Assembly: GCA_963758915.1 (NCBI GenBank)
Contig: CAVWXH010000015.1
Coordinates: 1-64,000, forward strand
DNA: 64,000 nt
Reading direction: 5' to 3'
Origin: an uncultured Methanomicrobiales archaeon
Lineage (GTDB): Archaea > Halobacteriota > Methanomicrobia > Methanomicrobiales > Methanospirillaceae
Of the stretch, positions 49,487 through 61,642 are shown in pieces; position 1 is the first letter of the stretch; every line of letters starts with the position of its first letter. The position numbers were made by a program, and so were the translations under genes. The notes beneath the pieces were generated by a model. That model ran no database searches. It was not told where the DNA came from and saw only the letters and a list, made by a program, of their open reading frames with translations.

Positions 49487-50125
49487 TCAGGTAATGTAGG
49501 ATGGGACCAGGGTAAGTGCCGCAAACAGGACCGCGAAGGAAACGGCAATCATGACCACGAACAGCACCGGTTTCCATTCGAGTACTTTCTTCCCGTCGAG
49601 GACACTGATGGGGAGGAGGTTGAATGCTGCTATCATTGCATTGATCTGGAGCCCCATCATCCCGATGAAGCCGATAACGGGGCCCCATCCCATGATGAAG
49701 GGGGTCATCAGGACCATAATTCCAAACGGGATACAGAGTACAAGGTTTGTTGCAGGGCCGGCTGCTGATATTTTACCGTTCTGCTCCTTCGACAGCCCGC
49801 CCCCGTAAATGACCGTGGCACCCGGAGCAGCAAATACGACGTGCACCAGTGCCGCTAAAACAACAGACATCAGGAGCATGACGTTATCTTTCCTGAATTC
49901 TGCATAATAGCCGTACTTCATGGCAGTAAACTTGTGGGCCATTTCATGCAGTACAAAACCGATACCCACCGTCAGGCAGGATATCCCAAAGATGTAGAGG
50001 AAGAACAGGGGGTCTATTTTTCCATTAAAACTGGAGAGCACGATTGCAAGCGTGAACGCAATCGTGATCCCAAGCCACGCAATGAAAAGATCAAAGCGCT
50101 CCCTTCGAGTTATCAGTTCGAGCAT
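49487..50125 (-). CDS. Site-2 protease (peptidase M50) family
   Basis: HEMAH, AGPATN, FNLLPISVLDG. Confidence 0.92.
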   Translation of the reverse strand: MLELITRRERFDLFIAWLGITIAFTLAIVLSSFNGKIDPLFFLYIFGISCLTVGIGFVLHEMAHKFTAMKYGYYAEFRKDNVMLLMSVVLAALVHVVFAAPGATVIYGGGLSKEQNGKISAAGPATNLVLCIPFGIMVLMTPFIMGWGPVIGFIGMMGLQINAMIAAFNLLPISVLDGKKVLEWKPVLFVVMIAVSFAVLFAALTLVPSYIT

Positions 50126-50332
50126 AAATTGTCCTGTACTGATGGTAGTTCCCGGGGCTTATTTGCTTCGGATGACCCATAACACCGATTTGTTCCTGCA
50201 TGCGAACAGAAAAAAAACGGGATCTATCAGGTATGGTTTACCGGGCTGCAGAATTACAGAGGCTCACCGATACCCGCCGGGATCCGTTCCGGGGAACACA
50301 TTTAAACCTTTAAACTGCTGCAAGTAGGTACT

Positions 50333-50617
50333 ATGCCAATCGAGTCACTCAGGGAAGAGATCAACAGGATTGATCGGGAGATTATCCGGCTGATCGCTAA
50401 ACGCCAGGCAGTAGCCGGTAAAATCGCAAAGGAAAAATTCACCGGGGGCCTCCCGGTCCATGACGAGGAACGGGTAAAGGCAGTCCTTGAGTCCTCGTTT
50501 GATTACGCTGTCGAGCATAAAATCAACCCCGTCCATGTCCAGAGGATCATGTCAATCCTGATTGAAATGAGCGAAGAGTGGCAGCGTGGATGTTCAGGGG
50601 ATGGAAACCTCCCCTGA
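50333..50617 (+). CDS. Chorismate mutase (AroQ type, stand-alone)
   Basis: LREEINRIDREIIRLIAKR..IAKEK....PVHDEER. Confidence 0.85.
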   Translation: MPIESLREEINRIDREIIRLIAKRQAVAGKIAKEKFTGGLPVHDEERVKAVLESSFDYAVEHKINPVHVQRIMSILIEMSEEWQRGCSGDGNLP

Positions 50618-50662
50618 AAATGTTCTTGTTTTAAGGGTTTTTTTGACCGGGATATTGTTGAA

Positions 50663-51835
50663 TTACTTGAAAAATACCGTAACCAGCACAACAATCCCGA
50701 TGGTTATCATCAGGCACCCCATGGCGAGCCTGACAATTACCCTGTTTTCCGTACGCCATGCCTCAAGCCGCTCCGGTGGCAGCCCGAAATACACAACTGC
50801 GAGGATAATAATCAGCGGGACTACAAAGAGGATATTATAGAGCAGAAGAAGTGGCAGCCCTGCCATAATTGTCATCTCCTGTGATAAGAGGGAGATAATT
50901 GCGAGGTAGATGCCACCCGTACAGGGAAGTTCGAACATCCCGACAAGGATACCAAGGACAAACGTGGCAGGAAGCGTCGCCTCTTTTACGTACCGGGTGA
51001 TTGAATCCTTTTTTGATTCAGGGATGACAAGCCAGCTCCCAGTACCGCCATACAGGGCATCTTTTATCATCAGGGCCCCGGCTACAAAGGCAACGGTTGC
51101 AGCAACAAGCGCAAATATTCTCGAGAATCCGGACACCTGAACGAGGGCAAAGAGGCCGAGGCCGGAAAGGAAGTAAAAAATGAATATTGCCCCGATATAG
51201 ACAAGGCCGACTTGCAACATCCTCCTTTTTGAACTGATCGACATGATCGATACGAGAAGGAAGACCATGACAGCAAACGCACAGGGGTTGATCCCGTCCA
51301 CGAGGCCGGCTGCGATAACAAGTGGTATCGTCAGCTGGGTGGTTTCGGATATTTCAAGGGACGGAATTGTCTCTGTGGGCAGGGGGACTGAAGAGTTCGG
51401 GTTCTTTGCGGCCTGCACAACGACATCGTCCAGTTGCAACTCGATGTTCTCAAAGTCTATCAGTTTCCATTCACCGACGAAAATGGCTGGTACTGGTGAA
51501 AAAGGAACATTATAACGCGTGTTAAACTGCTGGAACAGCTTCTGGTTCGATGTATTGTCAAGAAGGTCATACGACCGGATAATCACTTCAGGGTGGCGCT
51601 CACGAAACCCTTCCATGAACGTGAGAGCCTTCTGGCATTCACCACATGTCTGCCGGTAAAAAAAATAAACAACCACGTGACCGGCTGGTTCTGACGCGAG
51701 GAGGTCAGAGATATTAGGTGTGCTACCGGTTGTACCTGATGGGACCGGGCCCGGAGACTCCGCAGATACAATCCCTGATGCTAATAGCAGGAGCACCAGA
51801 AAAAATACTGCGAAAAAAGGATGTTGTAACCTCAT
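50663..51835 (-). CDS. Thioredoxin-like domain plus CcdA/DsbD-type membrane domain protein
   Basis: Signal peptide, CGEC, VPAIF; GINPCAF and FELPCTGG membrane Cys pair. Confidence 0.88.
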   Translation of the reverse strand: MRLQHPFFAVFFLVLLLLASGIVSAESPGPVPSGTTGSTPNISDLLASEPAGHVVVYFFYRQTCGECQKALTFMEGFRERHPEVIIRSYDLLDNTSNQKLFQQFNTRYNVPFSPVPAIFVGEWKLIDFENIELQLDDVVVQAAKNPNSSVPLPTETIPSLEISETTQLTIPLVIAAGLVDGINPCAFAVMVFLLVSIMSISSKRRMLQVGLVYIGAIFIFYFLSGLGLFALVQVSGFSRIFALVAATVAFVAGALMIKDALYGGTGSWLVIPESKKDSITRYVKEATLPATFVLGILVGMFELPCTGGIYLAIISLLSQEMTIMAGLPLLLLYNILFVVPLIIILAVVYFGLPPERLEAWRTENRVIVRLAMGCLMITIGIVVLVTVFFK

Positions 51836-51870
51836 CGGGACACCGTAGTGCTCTCAATTATGAATACCAG

Positions 51871-52785
51871 TTATGTCTTCCCGTCCTTAATACGCTTATC
51901 ACCGTAGGGCACTTTCTTTTCGGTCACCATGGTACCAATGCCTTCATCGGTGAAGAGTTCCAGGAGGAGGTTATGGCGGATATTCCCATTCACAATATGG
52001 GCAAACCGGACACCCCGGCTCACGGCATCGATTAATGAGGTCACCTTTGGGATCATGCCTTCGCTGATGACACCCTGTGCCATCATTTCCCTGGCCTCAT
52101 CAAGGGCAAGCCTGCGATAGACGGTTGTCCTCTCCCGGTTCATCACGCCGTCAACATCAGTCATGTTGATTAATTTGTAGGCTTTCAGCGCGACTGCAAT
52201 GTCACCTGCGGCGGTATCTGCATTGATGTTCAGGTTCTGCCCGTTCCGGTCTATTGCAATCGGAGCGATTACGGGGATGTATTTGTTATCGAGAAGGGTG
52301 TTGAGTAGCGAGGGATCAACCACCTCGATATCCCCCACGTGGCCGAGGTCAACCTCCTGCTCTTTTCCGGCGACGGTGACTTTCTGGAGGCCCATTTTCT
52401 TCGCGATAATCAGGTCCCCGTCGTTTCCCGATACCCCGATACCCCGGGCACCGGACTTGGCGATCAGCGAGACGATCCCGGTATTGATCTTTCCCACCAG
52501 TACCATCTGGGCTATTTCAAGGGTTTCCTGGTCCGTGATACGGAGTCCTGAAACGAATTTGGGTTCTTTCCCCATGGCTTTCATTTTATCGGTGATCTCA
52601 GGGCCTCCGCCGTGCACGAGGACAACCCTGATTCCGACAAATTGCAGGAGGACTGCATCTTTTATTGCGTCCTCCAGTACATCAGGGTCCACCATCGCAT
52701 GGCCGCCAAGCTTGATCACCATCGTCTTTCCATGGAACTGCTGGATATAGGGGAGTGCTTCGGTGAGCACCTCTTCACGTTTCAT
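51871..52785 (-). CDS. argB: Acetylglutamate kinase
   Basis: [39 protein letters not shown]. Confidence 0.97.
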   Translation of the reverse strand: MKREEVLTEALPYIQQFHGKTMVIKLGGHAMVDPDVLEDAIKDAVLLQFVGIRVVLVHGGGPEITDKMKAMGKEPKFVSGLRITDQETLEIAQMVLVGKINTGIVSLIAKSGARGIGVSGNDGDLIIAKKMGLQKVTVAGKEQEVDLGHVGDIEVVDPSLLNTLLDNKYIPVIAPIAIDRNGQNLNINADTAAGDIAVALKAYKLINMTDVDGVMNRERTTVYRRLALDEAREMMAQGVISEGMIPKVTSLIDAVSRGVRFAHIVNGNIRHNLLLELFTDEGIGTMVTEKKVPYGDKRIKDGKT

Positions 52786-53933
52786 GTGGTATACCTCCCA
52801 TTGATTTCGACATATTTTTCCGTCAGGTCACATCCCCATGCTGTTGCCGTCCCATCACCTGCATCGAGGTCGAGTTCGAATATCACCTTTTTCCCGGCCA
52901 TCAGGGATTTCGCCAGGACCAGGTCAACAACTATCTCGCCCGACCGGACAAGTTCCGCACGATCGGTCCCGTCCGAGATCCAGAGTGAGACCGCATACGG
53001 GTCAAACCTGACACCCGAACGTCCTGCCGCAGCTACCACCCGGCCCCAGTTAGGGTCCTGCCCATAAACGGCAGTCTTTACAAGAGGGGATGCTATGATG
53101 GTCTTTGCCACCACAGAGGCAGATTCTTCCGAAGGGGCCCCTGTGACCGTGACTTCCAGCAACTTCGTTGCACCTTCGCCGTCGATCGCGATCTGCATGG
53201 CAAGGGATCGGCAGCACTCTTCAAGTGCCTTCTGGAACTCATGTGGATTTACACGTCCCTGTACACCCGTCGAGGTACAGAGTGCGATATCGTTGGTACT
53301 TTCATCACCGTCGACCACCACCCTGTTGAACGTCCGCTTCACCGCGAGTTTTAATGATGACTGCAGGTCTCTGGCGCTGACTTCGGCATCTGTATAGAGA
53401 AAAGCAAGCATGGTACCCATATTGGGGGCGATCATCCCGCTGCCTTTGGTAATCCCTCCGACCGAGAAGGTCTCCCGCTGGATCAGGGCATGCTTCTCGA
53501 ATAAATCGGTGGTCATAATCCCCTTCGCTGCCTGTATTTCAGCTGATGCACTGCGTTCAAGACGCGGGGAGACCTCCTTTGCCTGCCGTGTAATCAGGGG
53601 AATATCGAGGTAGCGGCCGATTACCCCGGTGCTTGCAACGCCAATTTCAGTGGCATCCAGGTCCAGTTCTCCTGCGGCAATCTCTGCCATTGTCACTGCG
53701 TCCTGGTACCCCCGGTCGCCTGTATATGCATTGGCACAACCGCTGTTCGCGATCACCGCACTGAGTTTTCCCCTGGCCATACGCTCCTGCATCAGGACGA
53801 CCGGAGGGGCCTTCATGATATTCGAAGTGAAAACTCCGGCTGCAGTCCCTTCTGCCCGGATCAGGGTAAGACCATATTTCCCTTCCTTTACCCCGGCAGC
53901 TTTCACTCCTTCGACACCACAGATACTTTTCAT
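52782..53933 (-). CDS. argJ: Ornithine acetyltransferase
   Basis: [45 protein letters not shown]. Confidence 0.97.
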   Translation of the reverse strand: MKSICGVEGVKAAGVKEGKYGLTLIRAEGTAAGVFTSNIMKAPPVVLMQERMARGKLSAVIANSGCANAYTGDRGYQDAVTMAEIAAGELDLDATEIGVASTGVIGRYLDIPLITRQAKEVSPRLERSASAEIQAAKGIMTTDLFEKHALIQRETFSVGGITKGSGMIAPNMGTMLAFLYTDAEVSARDLQSSLKLAVKRTFNRVVVDGDESTNDIALCTSTGVQGRVNPHEFQKALEECCRSLAMQIAIDGEGATKLLEVTVTGAPSEESASVVAKTIIASPLVKTAVYGQDPNWGRVVAAAGRSGVRFDPYAVSLWISDGTDRAELVRSGEIVVDLVLAKSLMAGKKVIFELDLDAGDGTATAWGCDLTEKYVEINGRYTT

Positions 53934-53953
53934 CCTGACCTGCCTCCCGGAAT

Positions 53954-54445
53954 TTACCGGCCTGCCCCTTCGAAGCTGCTCCCGATCCCCTGGACAATGT
54001 CGGTATGGGTGATAATGCCAACGAGTCTGCGACCTTCCAATACCGGAAGGCGGGCGACATTCTCCTTATGCATCAATGCGGCTGCTTCCTCTATGTCCGC
54101 ACCTGAAGCGATAGTGATTGCCGGGTGGCCCATGATGTTCCCGACTTTTTCATCGCCGATGTGGGTCAGTGCCTTCTTTGTCTTTTCCCAGTTGATCATC
54201 TCGCGGATAGGGACTTCAATGATCTCCAGCGGGGACGGAAGCCAGAGGTCATCAGATATCTGGCCGGTCTCCAGGAGGTTTACAATGTCCGTGTCGGTTA
54301 CCATTCCGACCAGTACATCGTCATCCATTACCGGCAGACCACCGATACGGTTCTTTTTCAGCAATCCCGCTGCCTGCCGGACGGTATCATTGACAGATAC
54401 CACAATCGGATTTTTTGTCATTACTTCTGAAACGTTCATTCTCAT
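53954..54445 (-). CDS. CBS-domain pair protein
   Basis: VMTKNP..IGGLPV..GMVTDTD and ARLPV..VGIITHTD; inside the arg operon. Confidence 0.9.
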   Translation of the reverse strand: MRMNVSEVMTKNPIVVSVNDTVRQAAGLLKKNRIGGLPVMDDDVLVGMVTDTDIVNLLETGQISDDLWLPSPLEIIEVPIREMINWEKTKKALTHIGDEKVGNIMGHPAITIASGADIEEAAALMHKENVARLPVLEGRRLVGIITHTDIVQGIGSSFEGAGR

Positions 54446-54451
54446 CTCACC

Positions 54452-55438
54452 TCAGGGGAATACGCCTGCCCCACGGAGCCCGTCATTCTCGGCGAACCCG
54501 CACATGATATTCATATTCTGGATTGCCTGGCCGCTTGCACCCTTGACGAGATTATCGATTGCCGATACAGCCACGACCCGTTCACCTTCGCTTTCAACCA
54601 TGACATCACAGAAATTTGATCCCCTGACGGTTGCGAGCATCGGTTTCTGGTACCTGATGAAATATTCCCCCTTGTAAAAGTCATGGTAGCATTTTTCAAC
54701 TTCTTCCTGCCCCATCGGCTCTTTAAGGAGAATGTGGGCAGTTGTGAGGATCCCCCGGGTGACCGGGACCAGGTGGGGCGTGAAATATACCTTTGCCGTG
54801 GAACCGAGTCGTGTGACCTCCATACGCATTTCGGCAAGGTGCCGGTGCGAAGTCCACTTGTAGGGGTTGATATTGTCGGCAACATTCGGGTAATGTGTCG
54901 TTGCCGACGGGTTATCCCCTGCCCCGCTGACACCTGTCTTTGAGTCATAGATAATCGTGTGGGCACGTCCTGCAAGGGGCGCTGCGGCGAGTGTCGCTCC
55001 TGTGGGGAAGCAGCCGGGATTGGAAACAAACCGGGCAGGGCCGCATGCATCACGGTGGAGTTCGGGGATCCCGTAGGGACACTCGAAGTACGCGGTATGG
55101 GGGACATCGTAGACCCTCTCGTATACATCTTTTGGGAGCCGGTAATCAGCACTCAGGTCGACAACTTTGATCCCGCGGTCAAGCAGCGGGGCGACATAAC
55201 TCATCGCCGCGGTGTGGGGGACCGCAAGAAACGCAAAATCTGCGTCAATCTCATCGGCGGAGGGATTTTCAAACAGGAGGTCAATCCGCCCTTTCAGGTG
55301 GGGATGCTCTTTCACAACGGGTGTTCCCGCAAGTTTGCGGGAAGTCGCACAGGTAACTTCTGCGGATGAGTGCGTCAGGAGGAGACGGATTAGTTCTCCA
55401 CCGGTATATCCTGAGGCACCAATGATCGCAACGTTCAT
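54452..55438 (-). CDS. argC: N-acetyl-gamma-glutamyl-phosphate reductase
   Basis: [45 protein letters not shown]. Confidence 0.97.
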   Translation of the reverse strand: MNVAIIGASGYTGGELIRLLLTHSSAEVTCATSRKLAGTPVVKEHPHLKGRIDLLFENPSADEIDADFAFLAVPHTAAMSYVAPLLDRGIKVVDLSADYRLPKDVYERVYDVPHTAYFECPYGIPELHRDACGPARFVSNPGCFPTGATLAAAPLAGRAHTIIYDSKTGVSGAGDNPSATTHYPNVADNINPYKWTSHRHLAEMRMEVTRLGSTAKVYFTPHLVPVTRGILTTAHILLKEPMGQEEVEKCYHDFYKGEYFIRYQKPMLATVRGSNFCDVMVESEGERVVAVSAIDNLVKGASGQAIQNMNIMCGFAENDGLRGAGVFP

Positions 55439-55708
55439 ACCATACTATTCTGTTGTAAAAACTTAATGGTTTTTAGGGATCATGGTTGCAATCTTGTTTA
55501 AATCAGGGAGATTTAAAAAATAGCGGTGTAATCAACGTAAAATGTAAGGTATTGTCAGTCTGTCATATCACCGTGGTTCTATAACCCCGCATCAGGCTTT
55601 ATTCAACACTACATCTATCTACTAAGTCGTGTGATTACCACGTGTAGTCAGTTTAAAAAAATTTAAATAGGTATTTATCATGATTAATAATGTTAAATCG
55701 GTGAGTAC

Positions 55709-57604
55709 ATGACCGAGGATTTCGATGTGAAACTCGTCGAGGATGTCAAGTCGTATACGCCTGACCCTCGTTATAAAAAGAATTCCTGGCTGGGCGACTA
55801 CAGGACTGCATATGATGAATTTCTGAAGGACCAGGATGCATTCTGGAGCAGGATGGCCCATGAACTCGATTGGATCCAACCATGGGATAAGGTCAAGGAA
55901 CTGGACTACCCGTATGCCAAGTGGTTTACCAATGCCAAACTGAACATCACGGCAAACTGTCTTGACCGTCAGGTTTCCGGAGACCGGCGCAACAAGGCCG
56001 CGTTGATCTGGAGAGGAGAGAATGGTGCTGAAAAGATTTACACGTACCAGCAGCTGCTCTCGTGTGTAATGCGGTTTGCGAACGTCCTGAAGAAGGTTGG
56101 TGTCAAAAAGGGAGACCGCGTCTGCATCTATATGCCACTCGTGCCGGAACAGGTCATTGCAATGCTCGCATGTGCCCGGATCGGTGCGGTCCATAGTGTC
56201 GTATTTGGAGGCTTTGGCGCCGCTGCACTCAATATGCGGATACAGGATGCAGAGGCAAAGGTCGTTATCACCGCAGATGTCAGCATCAGGAGAGGAAAGG
56301 TCATCCAGCTGAAATCAATCGTGGAAGAGGCCATTATCAATTCTTCCTCCGTTGAACACGTAATTGTTCTCAGGCGGCAGAGCCCGCAGGTAGAACTCCG
56401 TCCAAACCTTGAACTGGACTTCTATGAGATGATGAGGAGTGTGCCGGCAGATTGTCCGGCTGAAGTAATGGATGCCGAGGACACACTTTTCACCCTTTAT
56501 ACCAGCGGCTCCACCGGGAAGCCGAAAGGGATTGTGCATACCTGCGGCGGTTACATGGTGGGCACCTATTACACCAGTAAATATGTATTCGATATCAAGG
56601 ATAGCGATATTTTCTGGTGCACTGCAGACCCTGGCTGGATCACGGGTCACAGCTATATCGTGTACGGGCCGCTTGCAGTTGGGGCAACGGTATTCATCTC
56701 GGAACTGACCCCTGATTACCCTGATGCAGGGAGTTACTGGTCGCTTATCGAGGAGCAGAAAGTCACGATCTTCTACACCGCTCCCACGGCGATTCGGATG
56801 TTCATGAAAATGGGGGAGACCTGGCCGGACAAGTACAACCTGAGTTCTTTACGGATTATCGGTTCTGTCGGGGAACCGCTGAACCCCGAAGCATTCGAAT
56901 GGTACTACCAGGTAATAGGGAAGAAAAAGTGCCCGATCCTCGACACGTGGTGGCAGACTGAGACCGGGATGCACATGATTACCACCATGCTCGGCGAGCC
57001 GATGCGCCCGGGTTTCGCGGGCCTCCCGATCCCTGGTATCGAAGCAGACGTTGTCGATAAAGATGGTAATTCTGTCAAGCCCGGGACCGGCGGGTTCCTC
57101 GTAGTCAAGTCACCGTGGCCTTCCATGCTCCGGACGGTCTACGGGGATGACGAACGCTACCGTAAATACTGGTATACCATTGACGGGGTCTATACCGTCG
57201 GCGACCTGGCGGTAAAGGGAAAAGATGGTTACATCATGATCCTGGGCAGGTCTGATGATATTATCATCGTTGCCGGCCACAATATCGGGACCGCCGAAGT
57301 GGAGAGCGCGCTTGTTTCCCACCATTCGGTTGCTGAATCCGCAGTGATCGGGAAACCGGATTTCGTCAAGGGGAATTCAATCAAGGCCTTTGTAATCCTC
57401 AGGGTCGGGCACGAGCCGAATGATAAGCTTAAACAGGACCTGATGTACCATGTCCGGATGACGATTGGCCCGATTGCAGTGCCGCAGGAGATCGAATTTG
57501 TCGATAAACTTCCAAAGACCCGCAGCGGCAAGATCATGCGAAGGGTACTCAAGGCGAAGGAGATGGGCATAGACCCCGGGGATATCTCAACCCTTGATGA
57601 ATAA
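55709..57604 (+). CDS. acs: Acetate--CoA ligase (AMP-forming)
   Basis: [39 protein letters not shown]. Confidence 0.97.
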   Translation: MTEDFDVKLVEDVKSYTPDPRYKKNSWLGDYRTAYDEFLKDQDAFWSRMAHELDWIQPWDKVKELDYPYAKWFTNAKLNITANCLDRQVSGDRRNKAALIWRGENGAEKIYTYQQLLSCVMRFANVLKKVGVKKGDRVCIYMPLVPEQVIAMLACARIGAVHSVVFGGFGAAALNMRIQDAEAKVVITADVSIRRGKVIQLKSIVEEAIINSSSVEHVIVLRRQSPQVELRPNLELDFYEMMRSVPADCPAEVMDAEDTLFTLYTSGSTGKPKGIVHTCGGYMVGTYYTSKYVFDIKDSDIFWCTADPGWITGHSYIVYGPLAVGATVFISELTPDYPDAGSYWSLIEEQKVTIFYTAPTAIRMFMKMGETWPDKYNLSSLRIIGSVGEPLNPEAFEWYYQVIGKKKCPILDTWWQTETGMHMITTMLGEPMRPGFAGLPIPGIEADVVDKDGNSVKPGTGGFLVVKSPWPSMLRTVYGDDERYRKYWYTIDGVYTVGDLAVKGKDGYIMILGRSDDIIIVAGHNIGTAEVESALVSHHSVAESAVIGKPDFVKGNSIKAFVILRVGHEPNDKLKQDLMYHVRMTIGPIAVPQEIEFVDKLPKTRSGKIMRRVLKAKEMGIDPGDISTLDE

Positions 57605-57675
57605 CAATTCCAATTATTTTTTTTTACCCCTATAAACCAGGCTAACAGATCATTTCAGTAACGGAGGATCGGAAT

Positions 57676-58938
57676 ATGAGTGAAACTACAACAGAAAAAA
57701 TCATGGGAATGGATGCGGAAAAAGGGCGCTGGGTCCTGGTCATCCTTGGAATGGTGATAAACCTCTGTCTTGGTTCAATTTACTCGTGGAGTGTGTTCGT
57801 TGCACCACTTACCGCATATTTCACAACGCTGGGCCAGACAGTCACGGCAAGTGAGATCCTTCTGCCTTTTTCCGTTTTCCTCGCATTTTTTGCGATCGCA
57901 ATGCCACTGACCGGTAAGTACATCGAGCAGCTGGGACCGAGGAACGTGGTGATTATCGGCGGGTGCCTTACCGGGCTCGGCTGGCTCCTCTCATCCTTCG
58001 CAGGTTCAGTCCAGTGGCTCTATATTTTCTATGGCGTGATTGCCGGTACCGGAGTCGGAATAGCCTACGGTGTGCCTGTTGCGGTTGCAGCACGCTGGTT
58101 CCCTGACAAGAGGGGGCTTGCCGTGGGCCTTACCCTTCTGGGTTTTGGGTTTTCGGCGCTTATCACCGCAAATATCGCCGGGTACCTCATCGGGGCTTCG
58201 GGTGTGATGAACACCTTCAGGGTCTTTGGGATTGTATTCATCGTCCTGATTTTTGTCCTGGCATTACCACTTAAATTTCCAAAAGCAGGGTGGAAACCAG
58301 CCGGGTGGGCCCCGCCGCCGCCAAAACCAGGCCAGGCAGTTACCTGCGAATTTAACCGGGGACAGATGCTCCGGACCCGTGCATTCTACGCACTCTGGGC
58401 CTGTTATTTTATTGGCTGCCTCGCAGGGCTGATGGCAATCGGAATTGCCAAGCCTGTCGGGACCGATATCGGCGTCGCGACCGGGCTCGCAACCATGCTG
58501 GTCGGAGTCTTTGCGGTGTTCAATGGTTTCGGGCGTCCCGGGTTTGGTCTGCTGACTGACCGGATTTCCCCACGGAATACAGCAATGGTCTCATTCGTCC
58601 TGATCGCCGTTGCCGCTGTCCTTCTCTGGCAGGTCCCGACAGTACCGGTCTATATCCTTGGGTTCATCATCCTGTGGGGATGCCTTGGCGGGTGGCTTGC
58701 CATTGCACCGACTGCATGTGGCAGTTACTTCGGCACCTGCGATTATCCCAGGTGTTATGGTGTGCTCTTCCTCGCGTATGGTGCGGGAGGTATCGTCGGC
58801 CCGCAGCTTGCCGGGTTTATCAAGACCTCATCCGGGTCGTACCTCGGGGTATTCCCCTATATCATGGTACTCGCAATCATAGGACTCGTAATTGCATTCA
58901 CCATGCTGAAGCCCCCGAAGGCTCCGGCACTTGAGTAA
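57676..58938 (+). CDS. MFS transporter, oxalate/formate antiporter (OFA) family
   Basis: LGSIYSWSVF, WFPDKRGLAVG, NGFGRPGFG; 12 TM helices. Confidence 0.88.
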   Translation: MSETTTEKIMGMDAEKGRWVLVILGMVINLCLGSIYSWSVFVAPLTAYFTTLGQTVTASEILLPFSVFLAFFAIAMPLTGKYIEQLGPRNVVIIGGCLTGLGWLLSSFAGSVQWLYIFYGVIAGTGVGIAYGVPVAVAARWFPDKRGLAVGLTLLGFGFSALITANIAGYLIGASGVMNTFRVFGIVFIVLIFVLALPLKFPKAGWKPAGWAPPPPKPGQAVTCEFNRGQMLRTRAFYALWACYFIGCLAGLMAIGIAKPVGTDIGVATGLATMLVGVFAVFNGFGRPGFGLLTDRISPRNTAMVSFVLIAVAAVLLWQVPTVPVYILGFIILWGCLGGWLAIAPTACGSYFGTCDYPRCYGVLFLAYGAGGIVGPQLAGFIKTSSGSYLGVFPYIMVLAIIGLVIAFTMLKPPKAPALE

Positions 58939-58944
58939 TTTTTT

Positions 58945-60054
58945 TTACCCAGAAGGGTGCTGATAGATGCGTTTTCGCTGGGCCATGTGGTAACCCGAGA
59001 CAACGAGCACGGTTTCGCCAAACTCTGCGTCAAGATCTGAGTCCCCGGAGTCAACATACAGGACAGGGGTTTCCCTGAGTTTATGGGGGGTTGCTACCAC
59101 AATGATATTGCCAGTCCCGACCCGTCGGACGATACGGGGGCTAATCTGCTGGTTGCCCCGGCCAAGGATGAATCCCTGGGCACCAATGGGACTGATGAGA
59201 ATTTTTGCCTCCTCCCCCTGGAGGAGCAAATCCCAGAGTGTTTGTTCGTTGATGTCGATTGCAACAGTTTTTCCGTTTTTTATTGCATCAACACCCAGCA
59301 GCGTCTTATTCACCCCGGTTACACGGGCAATAGCTTCGGTAGTGGTCCCTGCACCAAGGACATAGAGCACATCAGGGATCATTATTTCATGTATAAACCG
59401 GGCAATTTCTCCTTTTGCCCGTTCCTCATCCCCCTCTTCAAAAACGTGCTTGGAGAGCTGGACTTTTCCCGCAAGAGCCGGTGTACGGGCGATCCCATAC
59501 AAGCGGGTTTTCAGCTCCCCGGCCCGGTATGCCTCTTCGTCCACATCCATTATTTCTGAGTCGCGCAGGGACTGCACATCATACCCGTTCACAAGTTCTG
59601 CTGCGGTTGTGGGATCAATGGCAAATACGGCGGAGTACATCTTCACTCCGGCAGGAATACCAAGGAGCGGCAGGTCACGGCCAACAGCATCAAAGATATC
59701 CCGGGCAGTCCCGTCGCCCCCGCAAAAAAGGACCAGGTCAACACCGGCATTTTTGAACGCTATTGCTGCCTTGCGGGTATCATTGGCACTGCTTTCGTCG
59801 CGATAATGATAGAGGACCTGGTAATCCTGCACCCCAGCCTCCACGAGGGCTTCCTCTCCCATCTGGCCGGAACAGGTAACAAAACATATACCAGATTCAC
59901 GGGCGAGCAGGGCGAGCGTGATATGGGCCCGGTTTTTTGCCTGCGGTGACGCACCCCGGCGGCGGGCTTCTTCAACATTGCCATCGGTCCCTTTTAGCCC
60001 CACGGCACCACCCATACCGGCTACCGGGTTGATCAAAAATCCGATGCGTCGCAT
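58945..60054 (-). CDS. ATP-NAD kinase-like (AcoX-like) protein
   Basis: NPVAGMGGAVGLKGTDG, GGDGTARD, GIPAGVKMYS, GRGNQQ. Confidence 0.85.
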   Translation of the reverse strand: MRRIGFLINPVAGMGGAVGLKGTDGNVEEARRRGASPQAKNRAHITLALLARESGICFVTCSGQMGEEALVEAGVQDYQVLYHYRDESSANDTRKAAIAFKNAGVDLVLFCGGDGTARDIFDAVGRDLPLLGIPAGVKMYSAVFAIDPTTAAELVNGYDVQSLRDSEIMDVDEEAYRAGELKTRLYGIARTPALAGKVQLSKHVFEEGDEERAKGEIARFIHEIMIPDVLYVLGAGTTTEAIARVTGVNKTLLGVDAIKNGKTVAIDINEQTLWDLLLQGEEAKILISPIGAQGFILGRGNQQISPRIVRRVGTGNIIVVATPHKLRETPVLYVDSGDSDLDAEFGETVLVVSGYHMAQRKRIYQHPSG

Positions 60055-60071
60055 AAAAAAAGTAAACGTAA

Positions 60072-61430
60072 TCAGGAAATTTTTGGTATCCGGGCAATCG
60101 CCTCTTTTATCAACGCGTCCGGGTATTCGTAGTCCACCAGTTTGCCTTCGTAATAGGCATCATATGCCGACATATCGAAATTACCATGGCCAGAACAGTT
60201 AAAGAGAATGGTCTTGTCCTCCCCGGTCTTTTTGCAGGCGAGGGCCTCATCAATTGCAGATTTTACCGCATGGGAGGTCTCGGGTGCGACAATAATCCCC
60301 TCCGTCCTGGCGAAGGTCTGGGCTGCATCAAAGACCTCGCTCTGGTGGTAGGCGACAGCCCGCATTATTCCGTCATGAACAAGGCGGGATACAATCGGGG
60401 AGTCCCCGTGGTAGCGGAGACCACCTGCATGCATGGAGGGCGGGACAAAATCATGACCAAGCGTGAACATCTTGAGAAGCGGGGTGTAGCCTGCTTCATC
60501 GGCAAGGTCATACGTAAACAACCCTTTTGTGAGCGTCGGGCAGGAGGCTGGTTCAACACCGATAATGTCCACATCCTTGTGCTTTCCTGTCAGCTTGTCC
60601 CCGGCAAACGGGAACGAAATCCCGGCGAAGTTTGACCCTCCGCCAACACACCCGATCACAACGTCGGGGTAATCGTCGACCATCGCAAGCTGTTCACGGC
60701 ATTCGAGCCCAATTACAGTCTGGTGGAGACAGACATGGTTTAACACCGAGCCTAATGCATAATTGGTATTCTTGTTGGATGCCGCATCCTCAACTGCTTC
60801 AGAGATGGCCATACCAAGGCTACCCGGGGTATCAGGGTCTTTTTCGAGCATTGCACGGCCGGCATTCGTCCTGGTGCTCGGGCTGGGGATGCATTCCGCA
60901 CCCCATACGTGCATCATCGACTTCCGGTACGGTTTCTGTGCATAGCTCGACCTGACCATGTAAACAGTACAATCGAGATCATAGAGCATAGTTGCAAAGG
61001 ACATCGCAGAACCCCACTGGCCGGCTCCGGTCTCGGTGGCGATTCGCTCAATCCCTTCCTTCATGTTATAATATGCCTGTGGGATAGACGTGTTCGTCTT
61101 ATGACTCCCGGCCGGGCTAACCCCTTCCCACTTGTAGTAAATCTTCGCCGGTGTCTTTAAGAATTTTTCAAGCCTGTGGGCGCGGTACAGCGGGCTCGGT
61201 CTCCAGAGGTGTAACACGTCCTGCACCTCTCCGGGAATATCGATATAACGGTCAGTGGTCACTTCCTGCCGGATAATCTCCATGGGGAATATTGCGGAAA
61301 GGTCATCAGGCCCAATGGGTTTGTGGGTCGCAGGGTGGAGCGGGGGGTCCAGCGGGGTTTTAAGATCCGCCTGGACATTATACCACCGTTTTGGCATCTG
61401 GTCCTCGTCGAGGAGGATTTTTGTTTGCAT
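60072..61430 (-). CDS. trpB: Tryptophan synthase beta chain, type 2 (TrpB2)
   Basis: [49 protein letters not shown]. Confidence 0.95.
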   Translation of the reverse strand: MQTKILLDEDQMPKRWYNVQADLKTPLDPPLHPATHKPIGPDDLSAIFPMEIIRQEVTTDRYIDIPGEVQDVLHLWRPSPLYRAHRLEKFLKTPAKIYYKWEGVSPAGSHKTNTSIPQAYYNMKEGIERIATETGAGQWGSAMSFATMLYDLDCTVYMVRSSYAQKPYRKSMMHVWGAECIPSPSTRTNAGRAMLEKDPDTPGSLGMAISEAVEDAASNKNTNYALGSVLNHVCLHQTVIGLECREQLAMVDDYPDVVIGCVGGGSNFAGISFPFAGDKLTGKHKDVDIIGVEPASCPTLTKGLFTYDLADEAGYTPLLKMFTLGHDFVPPSMHAGGLRYHGDSPIVSRLVHDGIMRAVAYHQSEVFDAAQTFARTEGIIVAPETSHAVKSAIDEALACKKTGEDKTILFNCSGHGNFDMSAYDAYYEGKLVDYEYPDALIKEAIARIPKIS

Positions 61431-61642
61431 AATATCAATCTTCTCTGTACATATTTATACATTGTTGAAGGAATATTTTTGCCGGGTTTGAATATGCAAG
61501 GATAATGAAAATAATATTTGGAGGCACTGATACGTACCTGGTAACTCGGTTATGACAATCCGCTGTTCACCGCCTAGGGTACCCGGAGGGAAAAGATCAG
61601 TCCCGGATACTATTATCCGCTTTTCGGAACTACCTGTCATTA

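Noticed and set aside
50200-50332. Phe-leader copy upstream of chorismate mutase
   Set aside because: No GGTAAACT/FFFR motif; TATA-like tttaaa sits close to the start codon.
61431-61500. Trp leader peptide upstream of trpB2
   Set aside because: A TATA box (tataaata) lies about 25 nt before the ATG, implying a leaderless or very short UTR; no Trp-codon uORF.
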